From an uncultured Candidatus Saccharibacteria bacterium (GTDB lineage Bacteria; Patescibacteriota; Saccharimonadia; Saccharimonadales; JAGQNJ01), in the NCBI GenBank assembly GCA_964426755.1, contig CAYRRR010000001.1, positions 58,946-122,945 of the forward strand: 64,000 nucleotides of DNA, written 5' to 3'. The position numbers and the translations under genes are program-made. Under the pieces are notes generated by a model. That model was given only the letters and a program-made list of their open reading frames with translations. It did no database searches and was not told the origin of the DNA. Each line of letters starts with the position of its first letter. Positions within the stretch are counted from its first letter, which is position 1. Below, piece by piece: positions 39,562 through 48,779 of the stretch.

Positions 39562-39969
39562 TTAATTTGAAAGGCTGCCAATTAGATATTGCTCACGGAG
39601 ATTTCGTGCAGTAGATGAATGGCTGCCTTCGCCATCTTTCGTATTGAAGGCTTGGGTTGCATCCTCGCCACAATAGGGGCTAATACGGTCAGCACCGCCA
39701 GGATGTTCACTTAAGAAATTAGTTACGTTGTACACTTTATTTTCAATAATGATCCAACAATCCTCGTCATTGTCATGCCGTTTTATCTCATCAAGGCTGT
39801 AGGTTTGGCTTTGATTTGATTCAGTTTGTTGTGTTGTCTGCTCAGTTGAAACAGGAGAATTAGTTGTTTGGGTTGTGGCTTCATCTCTGCCCGCCAAGTA
39901 ACCTCCAATAAGCACGCTACCTGCGATTACAGCGGTTATTATAATGGCGATTAAAACGACTTTTTTCAT
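39562..39969 (-). CDS. membrane-anchored cytochrome b5-like heme-binding protein
   Basis: 135 aa. N-terminal TM helix, a T/Q-rich linker, then a b5 fold (CWIIIENKVYNVTNFLSEHPGG...GEGSHS) with two candidate axial histidines. Confidence 0.75.
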   Translation of the reverse strand: MKKVVLIAIIITAVIAGSVLIGGYLAGRDEATTQTTNSPVSTEQTTQQTESNQSQTYSLDEIKRHDNDEDCWIIIENKVYNVTNFLSEHPGGADRISPYCGEDATQAFNTKDGEGSHSSTARNLREQYLIGSLSN

Positions 39970-41261
39970 GATAATGAGAACTCCTCGTAGTGAATATTAG
40001 CTTTTTTAACGCCTAAGGTTATGAGTTGGGTTTCTAGGCTCTTCATCATAGGCGGTGGCCCGCAAAGTAAAACCTCTTGGCCAATGCCGGTTTTCTGCTT
40101 AATGGTTTCAGCTGTTAAAAAACCGTCTTTATCAGTATATACAGGAAAAATGTTGAACAAAGCGTTTTTTGTGGCGATTTTTTGTAATTCAGCTAAAAAG
40201 ACAGCCTCTGACGGCTGCTTTACGCAATAATACATATCAATTTTTATATGTTGAGGATTACTGCGCGCCATTGATAGAAAGGGAGTGATACCGATGCCGC
40301 CCGCTATCCAGGTTTGGTGCGTGCCACCGATTTTAGTAGATGAAAATTGTCCATATGGACCGTCTACTCGTGCTTTATCGCCTGCTTTAAGGAGCGGGAT
40401 TCGACTTGTATAATCCCCAACATTTTTGATACTAAAAACGAGTCGATCATCGGATGAGCCCGAGCTTATCGTAAAAGGGTGCTGTTCATCAGGTACACCT
40501 TTGCTATTAAAGCTCACAAACGCAAACTGGCCCGCATAACGCTGCAAAGACTTGTCGAGAGGCTTTAGCGCCACAATAGCGACGAGCTCTTTTACATGAA
40601 CGGACTCTACAATATAGTCATAGGTGCGCTGCAGCGAACGATGAAAAATGGATCGATACATATAAATAACTGCAGCGGTGCCACCAAGCAAAATCATATA
40701 GATAAATAGGGGTGTTATGTGTCGGATATCGCTGCCATCAACAAACAAAGCATGATAACCGCCAATAAACACCACGAAACCCATAACTCGTTGCGCGGTG
40801 ATGAACCATTGATACTTGACCTTAAAATATACCACGACTATCATGGCACTTGTTAAAGTCAATAAAGCAAATCGTCCCGCAATCAGTGCAAAGTCGCTGG
40901 TGTCAGTAAGGAATGAATATCCAGTTTTGACAGATATGCTTGCATTGAGAAGAATTAATATATTGGCATGCAGGAGCAGGCTCAACAGTGTAAGGCAGCC
41001 AATTGTGTGATGGACACGATACATTCTATCCAGGCCATGAAACAGTCTGCCTAGAATTTTAAGCCGGGCACTTAGAATCACATTAATTGATAATAACGAT
41101 ACGCCAACCAATCCTGCCCAGCGAGCGATTACATCCCATGAAATATCACGCCATCCAAACAGACTCCATAAAACGACGGGTGTTAGGGCTAGAAAAGCAA
41201 CAAGGGCGGAGCCGGCAAGGGGTCGTTTCATTACGTCAATTATAACGCACAATATCTCCAT
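39966..41261 (-). CDS. ferric-reductase-domain flavocytochrome (NOX/FRE-like: 6-TM heme domain plus FAD and NAD(P)H-binding domains)
   Basis: 431 aa. Paired histidines in TM helices (VHHTIGCLTLLSLLLHA; YHALFVDGSDIRH). FAD motif HPFTISS. NAD(P)H motifs WIAGGIGITP and LLCGPPPM. Confidence 0.8.
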   Translation of the reverse strand: MEILCVIIDVMKRPLAGSALVAFLALTPVVLWSLFGWRDISWDVIARWAGLVGVSLLSINVILSARLKILGRLFHGLDRMYRVHHTIGCLTLLSLLLHANILILLNASISVKTGYSFLTDTSDFALIAGRFALLTLTSAMIVVVYFKVKYQWFITAQRVMGFVVFIGGYHALFVDGSDIRHITPLFIYMILLGGTAAVIYMYRSIFHRSLQRTYDYIVESVHVKELVAIVALKPLDKSLQRYAGQFAFVSFNSKGVPDEQHPFTISSGSSDDRLVFSIKNVGDYTSRIPLLKAGDKARVDGPYGQFSSTKIGGTHQTWIAGGIGITPFLSMARSNPQHIKIDMYYCVKQPSEAVFLAELQKIATKNALFNIFPVYTDKDGFLTAETIKQKTGIGQEVLLCGPPPMMKSLETQLITLGVKKANIHYEEFSLS

Positions 41262-41285
41262 GCACGGAGATTTGTAGATGTAAAT

Positions 41286-41362
41286 TGGTGGAGTGTACCG
41301 GGCTCGAACCGGTGACCTCTTGCCTGCCAGGCAAACGCTCTAGCCAACTGAGCTAACACCCC
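41286..41362 (-). tRNA. tRNA-Ala (anticodon GGC), CCA encoded
   Basis: The reverse complement folds with acceptor GGGGTGT/ACACTCC, including the G3-U70 Ala identity pair. Anticodon stem TTTGC/GCAAG with loop CTGGCAG. T arm ACCGG-TTCGAGC-CCGGT. Confidence 0.93.
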
Positions 41363-41389
41363 AAGAATAGATAAATTCTACAATACTTT

Positions 41390-42346
41390 ATGTTTATTGA
41401 CCAGTCGGGACTGTTTTCTTGTTACAATAAGCATGTGGCAAATTTTGATAGTGACACAAAACTGGTTTACATCAAAACGAGTATTATTGTTTGTATATTT
41501 TTGCTGATTGGTCTCATCTGGATTTGGTGGGTTGTTATTTATACCAGCCCTGAAGCGGTATTTAGGGCAATGCTTAAGAATAGCTTAAGCACGACAGGTG
41601 TCACAAAAACGATTGTGCAAGAAGATCAAACCGGTTCCTTAGAGCAAATTTCTCAGGCACATTTTGGTGCCAACAATTATGTAGATGTACGCACTACAAT
41701 TAGTCAAGAGAACGAATCAGGCAAAACAAAAATTGTTACTCAGACGATAGGTGATAGCAAAGATAATTATGTACGATATACCAATATTGAAATTCCTGGG
41801 CAAAACAATAAGCCTGACCCAGATTTCTCATCGTTGATTAATGTGTGGGGCAAACAGGCCGAGCCACAAACCAACGAGAATGTTTTTACTGAAGCCGTTT
41901 TTGGTGCGGTTTTGTTTGGTTTCTTACCCACAGACAAAAGAGGCGAGCTGCTTGATAGGATTGCTCGCGACGATATTTATGAAGCAGATTTCGACAGTGT
42001 TGAGCGCACCAGACACGAAGGTCGCAATGTTTATGTATATGACGTAAAAATTAAAACTGCAAAATATATTGAACTGCTCAAAAACTATGATCGTATGCTT
42101 GGACTTTCATTAACTGCAGGTCTAGAGCCGGATGTATATAATGACGCCTCGCCAATCAATGTCAAAATAACGGTAGACAGAGCGAGCCGAAACCTTGTTA
42201 AGCTTGAATATGGTGATCAGGCGAGAACTGAGGAGTACGGCGGTTATGGTATTCATCGCGAGCTACAACCACCAGACAAGCCAATAAGTCGTTCAGAGCT
42301 TGAATCTAAGCTACAAGACGTGCTAACCGAGAGCCAGATGCAATGA
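41390..42346 (+). CDS. hypothetical membrane-anchored exported protein (318 aa)
   Basis: One N-terminal TM helix (IIVCIFLLIGLIWIWWVVIY) followed by a hydrophilic domain. No family recognised and the start is uncertain. Confidence 0.55.
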   Translation: MFIDQSGLFSCYNKHVANFDSDTKLVYIKTSIIVCIFLLIGLIWIWWVVIYTSPEAVFRAMLKNSLSTTGVTKTIVQEDQTGSLEQISQAHFGANNYVDVRTTISQENESGKTKIVTQTIGDSKDNYVRYTNIEIPGQNNKPDPDFSSLINVWGKQAEPQTNENVFTEAVFGAVLFGFLPTDKRGELLDRIARDDIYEADFDSVERTRHEGRNVYVYDVKIKTAKYIELLKNYDRMLGLSLTAGLEPDVYNDASPINVKITVDRASRNLVKLEYGDQARTEEYGGYGIHRELQPPDKPISRSELESKLQDVLTESQMQ

Positions 42347-43608
42347 AAAAAATTGTAAAAAATAGCTTAGTTTCAATTTTTGGATGGCAAGTACGTCGAC
42401 TTATCGCAAAAAATGACTTTCAAATAGTTGCTATTGTTGGAAGTGTCGGAAAGACGAGCACAAAATTTGCTGTTGCACGGGTTTTGTCAGAGGGCAGAAA
42501 GGTTAGATGGCAAGAGGGCAATTACAATGACCATCTGTCGGTACCATTAGTCTTCTTCGGACAAACTATGCCGAATATTTTGAACCCTTTTGCATGGATC
42601 AAGATTTTTATTCGTAACGAAAAGGTTCTTCGTCAAAAGTATCCATATGAAGTTGTGGTGATTGAACTAGGCACAGATGGGCCAGGTCAGATTTCAGCAT
42701 TTAAGAAATACATACTAAATGATATTGCTGTAGTAACCTCGGTTGCTCCGGAACATATGGAAAATTTTAAAGACATACAAGCGGTAGCCAATGAAGAGTT
42801 ATCAGTTGAACTGTATAGCAATAAGTTAGTTGTTAATAGTGATTTAGTTAAAGAATGCTACTTATCTAATCGTGCTGTTCCTGTAATTTCTGTGGGAGCC
42901 AATACCGGAGTGGTGCGTATTCGCAATACAAAGCTTGGAGCAGCAGCTACATTTGCTCTGCAATATAGCAGTGAGCAGATTGCGTTCACCGGCAGTTTTT
43001 ATTCAAAAGCAGAAGTATATTCTGCTGCATTAGCGGCTGTCGTTGCGCGTGAACTCGGTGTAGATAATCGACAAGTCAAAGAAGCCGTTACGAAGTTACG
43101 GCCTGTTCCTGGCCGCATGCAGCGGTTAAAAGGTGCTAACGACTCACTGATTATTGACGATACCTATAATGCCAGCCCCGATGCAATGATTGCGGCGCTC
43201 GATACGCTTTACGACGAAAAGGCAGCGCATAAAATTGCATTGCTTGGGAACATGAATGAACTTGGTGTTTTTGCGAAAACAGAGCACGAAAGAGTAGGTG
43301 GGTACTGCGATCCCAAAAAACTAGAGCTTGTAGCTACGCTGGGACCAGAGGCTAACAGCTATCTTGCGGCGGTGGCGGAAGCCAAAGGTTGCAAAGTAAA
43401 ACGCTTCAATTCGCCTTATGAGCTTGGAGAATATGTAAAAACACAGCTAAAGAAAAATACGGTCATTTTAGCTAAAGGCTCGCAGAATAATGTATACATG
43501 GAAGAGGCAGTCAAGATGTTATTAAAAAATCCAGATGACCAAAAGAAACTTGTGCGCCAAAGTACTGCCTGGGCTAAAGTAAAAGCTAAGAACTTTGAGC
43601 GTGTCTAA
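42343..43608 (+). CDS. murF: UDP-N-acetylmuramoyl-tripeptide--D-alanyl-D-alanine ligase
   Basis: 421 aa. Mur ligase P-loop GSVGKTST. The DDTYNASPDAMIAAL block is typical of MurF. The gene overlaps ddl. Confidence 0.82.
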   Translation: MKKIVKNSLVSIFGWQVRRLIAKNDFQIVAIVGSVGKTSTKFAVARVLSEGRKVRWQEGNYNDHLSVPLVFFGQTMPNILNPFAWIKIFIRNEKVLRQKYPYEVVVIELGTDGPGQISAFKKYILNDIAVVTSVAPEHMENFKDIQAVANEELSVELYSNKLVVNSDLVKECYLSNRAVPVISVGANTGVVRIRNTKLGAAATFALQYSSEQIAFTGSFYSKAEVYSAALAAVVARELGVDNRQVKEAVTKLRPVPGRMQRLKGANDSLIIDDTYNASPDAMIAALDTLYDEKAAHKIALLGNMNELGVFAKTEHERVGGYCDPKKLELVATLGPEANSYLAAVAEAKGCKVKRFNSPYELGEYVKTQLKKNTVILAKGSQNNVYMEEAVKMLLKNPDDQKKLVRQSTAWAKVKAKNFERV

Positions 43609-44578
43609 GCTTCAAGTAGCAGTTATATACGGCGGTCCGTCGAGTGAGCATGAAATATCGCTTAAATCAGCCCAAGCCGTATTGGATGCCATAGACAACA
43701 CAAAATATGACGTATTACCCATCAGGATTTCTAAAGAGAATAAATGGAGCATAAACGGGCAAATTCATGAGCTCTCTGATGCATTAGATTATCTGCAACA
43801 TAATAATTTTTTTGTCTTAAATATGCTTCATGGTACATTCGGTGAAGACGGCACTATTCAGATGTATTTAGAAAAGCATGGTATAGCGTTTAGTGGTTCA
43901 GGTAGCGACGCTTGCAAAACGACTATGCAAAAAAGAGTAGCCTCAAAACTGTTCTCTAAAGCCGGATTTTTAGTCCCAAACGAAATAGTATTAGACCATA
44001 AAGAAAGCTTTAATATAGACAAAATTATAAATAAGCTTTCATTACCTGTTTTCGTTAAGCCAAATGCCCAAGGATCGAGCATTGGTGTGACAAAAGTTCA
44101 TACCAAAAATAAGCTTGAAGATGCGATCAAACATGCCTTTAGGCAAGATAAGGTCGTAATTGTGCAAGAATGTATTGAGGGAGATGAGGTAGCCGCCGGC
44201 GTAATCGAGGATGAAAAAGGCAAGCTCATAGCTCTTCCGCCCACCCAATTAATACCACTAACTGCTGAGTTTTTTGATTATAACGCTAAGTATATTAAAG
44301 GTGCTACCGATGAAATTACACCGCCAAATTTACCAGTTGGACTCGTGTCTAAGATTCAACAAACAGCCATTAAAGCACACAGACTTATGAATTGCAGCGG
44401 GTATTCTCGTACAGATATGATTATTAAAGAAGAGAGTATTTATATTATCGAAATCAATACGTTGCCCGGCATGACAGAAACGAGTATGTTGCCGCAACAA
44501 GTTGCAGCTGCAGGAATATCGTTTAAGGATATGATCGATATGATTATTCAAGCAGGCTTACGTCAACACAAGGTATAA
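43595..44578 (+). CDS. ddl: D-alanine--D-alanine ligase
   Basis: 327 aa. GGPSSEHEISLKSA, HGTFGEDGTIQ, FVKPNAQGSSIGV and EINTLPGMT are ATP-grasp Ddl signatures. Confidence 0.93.
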   Translation: MSVSKLQVAVIYGGPSSEHEISLKSAQAVLDAIDNTKYDVLPIRISKENKWSINGQIHELSDALDYLQHNNFFVLNMLHGTFGEDGTIQMYLEKHGIAFSGSGSDACKTTMQKRVASKLFSKAGFLVPNEIVLDHKESFNIDKIINKLSLPVFVKPNAQGSSIGVTKVHTKNKLEDAIKHAFRQDKVVIVQECIEGDEVAAGVIEDEKGKLIALPPTQLIPLTAEFFDYNAKYIKGATDEITPPNLPVGLVSKIQQTAIKAHRLMNCSGYSRTDMIIKEESIYIIEINTLPGMTETSMLPQQVAAAGISFKDMIDMIIQAGLRQHKV

Positions 44579-45513
44579 TGGTTTTCATGAATGAATTTAA
44601 TTTTCAAGAAGCCAAAGTATACTTTGGCGACGGGCTTATTCCATTTAATGATGCTAATTTAAGCATCGCAAGTTCAGCTGTTTTGTATGGTCTTAGCGTA
44701 TATACCGTATTTGCAGTCAATAAAACTTCGCGTGGATTAGCAGCTTTTAGATTAAAAGATCATTTTAATCGTCTGCTAGAATCATCCAAAATTATTGGCA
44801 TGGATGATTTTGAAAAAAACTGGAATTATGAAAAATTTATTACTGCAGTTAATCAACTCATAGCTGCTAATAAGATTGAGACAGATGTTTTTGTACGAGC
44901 ATCGGCACATGTTAATGAGCTAGTGCCCGGTACGAGGTCGCGAGGCTTAAAGACTACGCTCAGTATGTTTATTTATCCGGCTAAAGCAATAGTTCCACGA
45001 GACGGTGTACGGCTTAAGACAAGTGTTTGGCGGCGGGTGCCGGATGATGCTATTCCGGCACGTGCGAAAGTCAATGGTGCATATGTTAACTCAGTTCTCG
45101 CTAAGCAAGATGCCATTGATAGTGGCTATGACGATTGTATATTTTTGGATTCCTTTGGTCATGTGTGTGAGCTTTCGGCGGCTAATATCTTTTTAGTAAA
45201 GAACGGCTGCGTTATCACACCTGATACGACAAGTGATCTGCTTGAAGGTATAAACCGTAAAACTATTATTGAATTGGCAGAGCAGGAGGGCTATGCATTA
45301 GAGCAGCGTACGGTTGATTTGACGGAATTGTACGTTGCGGATGAGGTCTTTATTTGTGGAACGTCGGCTTTTGTCGCGTCAGTCAAAGAAATTGACGCGC
45401 GAATGATCGGTAACGGTCAGCGTGGGCCTGTTACTGAAAAACTCGGTAAACTACACAGTGATCTGTTGCACGGTAATCATCAACGTGCGGATACGCACCT
45501 GACACAATTTTAG
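44578..45513 (+). CDS. class IV (fold type IV) aminotransferase: branched-chain or D-amino-acid aminotransferase
   Basis: 311 aa. Fold-type IV blocks (VLYGLSVYTVFAV, AKVNGAYVNSVLAKQDA, ELSAANIFLV, LEGINR). The start overlaps the ddl stop (TAATG). Confidence 0.82.
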   Translation: MVFMNEFNFQEAKVYFGDGLIPFNDANLSIASSAVLYGLSVYTVFAVNKTSRGLAAFRLKDHFNRLLESSKIIGMDDFEKNWNYEKFITAVNQLIAANKIETDVFVRASAHVNELVPGTRSRGLKTTLSMFIYPAKAIVPRDGVRLKTSVWRRVPDDAIPARAKVNGAYVNSVLAKQDAIDSGYDDCIFLDSFGHVCELSAANIFLVKNGCVITPDTTSDLLEGINRKTIIELAEQEGYALEQRTVDLTELYVADEVFICGTSAFVASVKEIDARMIGNGQRGPVTEKLGKLHSDLLHGNHQRADTHLTQF

Positions 45514-45555
45514 CTACCTATCGTTGTATCTGTTAAGATGGTATAATTACCACTG

Positions 45556-48432
45556 ATGAAGCGATATAATCCAAAAGAAATTGAACCCAAATGGCAACAG
45601 GCATGGGAAGAGGCGGGTATTTACTCGGCTACTGAAAATTCTCATAAGCCAAAAAAATATATTCTAGAGTATTTTCCGTATCCCAGTGGTGCTGCTATGC
45701 ACGTTGGGCATGTGCGTAACTATACTATTGGTGATGCGACCGCGCGCTTCAATCGTATGCGCGGTTATAATGTACTGCATCCGATGGGGTGGGATGCGTT
45801 TGGTTTGCCTGCGGAAAATTACGCACTTAAAACTGGTATTACTCCTCGTAAAGCAATCGATGAAAATACAGCGCGTTTTAAGCGACAACTTGTGCAAATG
45901 GGGTTTGGCTACGATTGGTCGCGCGAGATAGACAGTACGGATCCTGCTTACTATAAATGGACACAGTGGTTCTTTTTGTTGCTTTATAAAAAAGGCTTGG
46001 CGTATCAGCAAGAAAGTTTGCAGTGGTGGTGTCCGGTCGACAAAACGGTATTGGCCAACGAGCAGGTAGAAGCCGGTAAGTGTTGGCGTTGCGGTAATGA
46101 TGTTGAGAAAAAAGCGCTCAAACAGTGGTTTTTTAAGATAACTGACTACGCCGATCGGTTATTGACAGATCTGGATGATCTTGACTGGTCTGATGCAATT
46201 AAAGCAATGCAGCGCAATTGGATTGGCAAAAGTAAAGGTGCTGAAATTGATTTTAATATCAACGGTTCTGACGAGCTTATAAAAGTGTTTACGACTCGTC
46301 CAGATACCTTATTTGGTGTAACCTTTATGGTTCTGGCTCCAGAGCATCATATTGTAAAAAGTATTACTACCAAAGATCAAAAGAATGCGGTCGAAAACTA
46401 CATCAAACAAGCACAAAATAAAAGTGATATTGAGCGTCAGGAGACGGCAGCGGAGCAAAAAACGGGCGTATTCACTGGCGCGTATGCTATTAACCCGGTT
46501 AATAATGAAAAGATTCCTATTTGGATTGCCGATTATGTATTGATGGGCTATGGTACAGGCGCTATTATGGCCGTCCCCGCTCATGATCAACGAGATTATG
46601 AGTTCGCAAAAGCATTTAATTTACCAGTAAAGTTTGTAGTTGAACCAACTTTTGGACAAGCGCAGGGCGATGATATGTATAAGAAATCGATTTTTGTGGT
46701 TTTGCGCAATCCTACAACAAACCAGATTATTGTCTTAGATTGGGGTCCGCGCCAAGAACGACACGGCGGTAACATGTTGATTGGTGGTGGTGTAGAGGAT
46801 GGTGAAAGTTATCAGATAGCAGCCGAGCGTGAAATTGTCGAAGAAACAGGCTATAAGAACTTTAAATTTGTTAAAGAAGCCGAGTTTTCTGGCCACGGCT
46901 TTTTTTACTCAAATACTAAAAATAAGAATATGAATGTTTCTGGCAAAGGGTTGCTATTCGATCTCATAGACGAAGAAAAAGCTTCTACAAATCTGGATGA
47001 AGGTGAAAAGAACAAGTTTAAAGTCACATGGCAGCCTGCTGATGCCGTAGCTGCTATGTTGCATGATGGTAACCACGAGGCCTTTTATCGGTATCTCGTG
47101 CTCAATGAAGTTTATAGTGGCGAAGGAGTTATGATTAACTCTGGTGAGTATAATGGCATGTCGTCTGCTGAAGTACGCAATAAAATCATCGCTGATTTAC
47201 AAGCGAAAGGTTTAGCGCAAGAAAAAGTCAATTTTAAAATGCGCGATTGGCTCATAAGTCGCCAACGTTATTGGGGTGCACCGATACCAATGATCCATTG
47301 TCAACAATGCGGTATCGTGCCAGTACCCGAAGATCAATTACCGGTAAAGCTACCCGAACTTTCAAAGTTTGAACCGAGTGGCGATGGCCGCAGCCCTTTA
47401 GCTAACGTGCCCGACTTTGTAAATACGACATGTCCTCAATGTGGTGGCAAAGCCGAGCGCGAAACTGATACGATGGATGGCTTTGCGTGCAGCAGTTGGT
47501 ATTTCTTGCGTTTCGCTGATCCGCATAATGATACCGCTGCTTTCTCTGAAGATAAAGTAGAGTTTTGGTTACCAGTTGATGATTATATTGGCGGCGCAGA
47601 GCATGCCGTCATGCATCTTTTGTATGCACGCTTTTGGACAAAGGTTATGTACGACGAAGGCTTAATTAACTTTACAGAACCATTCACGAGCTTACGGAAT
47701 CAAGGCATGATTCTAGCCCCAGACGGGTTAAAGATGAGTAAAAGTAAGGGTAATACTATAGAGCCCGATGGTTTAATTGACCAAGGTTACGGTGCAGACT
47801 CTATACGGCTCATGGAGCTGTTTATTGGCCCATGGAACCAATCAGCAAACTGGAGTGTGGAAGGTATGGGAGGGACATTTCGATTTCTGCAGCGGGTGTG
47901 GACGCTTGTGCAAGAGTATATTGCTGCTGGTTCAAAGAATACAGCCGGCAATAAAGAATTAATGGTTCTGTCTCATCAAACAATTGCTAAAGTAAGTAAA
48001 GATCTTGAAGCATTTGGCTTTAATACGGCCATTGCGAGTCTCATGGAGCATGTCAATGCTCTCTATAAAATCAAAGCCAAGGACGGTTTTATGGCTAAAG
48101 AATGGGCAATTACCTTTGAGATACTGTTGAAGTTACTGGCGCCATTCGCACCCCATATTACTGAAGAATTGTGGCAAGATTTAGGTAACGAATCCTCAAT
48201 TCATACAGCTGATTGGCCGATTCACGACGAGAAGTATCTTGTTGCTAAGTCGGCAACGATTGTTGTGCAAGTTAACGGCAAGGTTCGGGCAAATATTCAA
48301 ATCCCAGTTGATAGTTCTCAAGAAACAGTCGAACAGGTCGCAAAAACTGACGAAAAAGTGACAATCTATCTTAAGAACAACCCAAAAAAAGTTATATACG
48401 TACGAAATAAGCTCATCAACTTTGTTGTTTGA
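45556..48432 (+). CDS. leuS: leucine--tRNA ligase with an inserted Nudix hydrolase domain (aa ~363-520)
   Basis: 958 aa. HIGH motif (HVGH), CP1 editing blocks (TTRPDTLFGVTF, GTGAIMAVPAHDQRDYEFA), RDWLISRQRYWGAPIP, and KMSKSK. Extra ~158 aa segment carries the Nudix box GGVEDGESYQIAAEREIVEETGY. Confidence 0.96.
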   Translation: MKRYNPKEIEPKWQQAWEEAGIYSATENSHKPKKYILEYFPYPSGAAMHVGHVRNYTIGDATARFNRMRGYNVLHPMGWDAFGLPAENYALKTGITPRKAIDENTARFKRQLVQMGFGYDWSREIDSTDPAYYKWTQWFFLLLYKKGLAYQQESLQWWCPVDKTVLANEQVEAGKCWRCGNDVEKKALKQWFFKITDYADRLLTDLDDLDWSDAIKAMQRNWIGKSKGAEIDFNINGSDELIKVFTTRPDTLFGVTFMVLAPEHHIVKSITTKDQKNAVENYIKQAQNKSDIERQETAAEQKTGVFTGAYAINPVNNEKIPIWIADYVLMGYGTGAIMAVPAHDQRDYEFAKAFNLPVKFVVEPTFGQAQGDDMYKKSIFVVLRNPTTNQIIVLDWGPRQERHGGNMLIGGGVEDGESYQIAAEREIVEETGYKNFKFVKEAEFSGHGFFYSNTKNKNMNVSGKGLLFDLIDEEKASTNLDEGEKNKFKVTWQPADAVAAMLHDGNHEAFYRYLVLNEVYSGEGVMINSGEYNGMSSAEVRNKIIADLQAKGLAQEKVNFKMRDWLISRQRYWGAPIPMIHCQQCGIVPVPEDQLPVKLPELSKFEPSGDGRSPLANVPDFVNTTCPQCGGKAERETDTMDGFACSSWYFLRFADPHNDTAAFSEDKVEFWLPVDDYIGGAEHAVMHLLYARFWTKVMYDEGLINFTEPFTSLRNQGMILAPDGLKMSKSKGNTIEPDGLIDQGYGADSIRLMELFIGPWNQSANWSVEGMGGTFRFLQRVWTLVQEYIAAGSKNTAGNKELMVLSHQTIAKVSKDLEAFGFNTAIASLMEHVNALYKIKAKDGFMAKEWAITFEILLKLLAPFAPHITEELWQDLGNESSIHTADWPIHDEKYLVAKSATIVVQVNGKVRANIQIPVDSSQETVEQVAKTDEKVTIYLKNNPKKVIYVRNKLINFVV

Positions 48433-48554
48433 TGATTGGCCGGTGTCGCAGCGACAAGAGTCTAGCTTCACTGATTAGAGGACTTGAGAATTCTGTAATA
48501 ATTTGCTATAATAATTACGATACAATAACAAACATAAGGAGAAGAGCGCTTTTT

Positions 48555-48710
48555 ATGGGTAAACCCAAGAAACGAACTACCCCGCGACGTACTGGTAATC
48601 GACGCAGCCATTTAGTGGTGAAGCTTGCTCGCGCCGTTAATGCAAAATCTCCGGTAAAGGCCTATACGACCCGCCGAGAGTCTGGCAAAAAAACTGCCAA
48701 AACCGCCTGA
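48555..48710 (+). CDS. rpmF: 50S ribosomal protein L32
   Basis: 51 aa. PKKRTTPRRTGNRRSH matches the L32 N-terminal signature (PKxKTSxxRxxxRRSH). The longer track ORF from 48429 is rejected. Confidence 0.78.
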   Translation: MGKPKKRTTPRRTGNRRSHLVVKLARAVNAKSPVKAYTTRRESGKKTAKTA

Positions 48711-48779
48711 ACAGCGATACAAAAACGGGTATAATATTAAATATACCGCTAATGTTCAAAGAAGAGGATATTTAACAAT

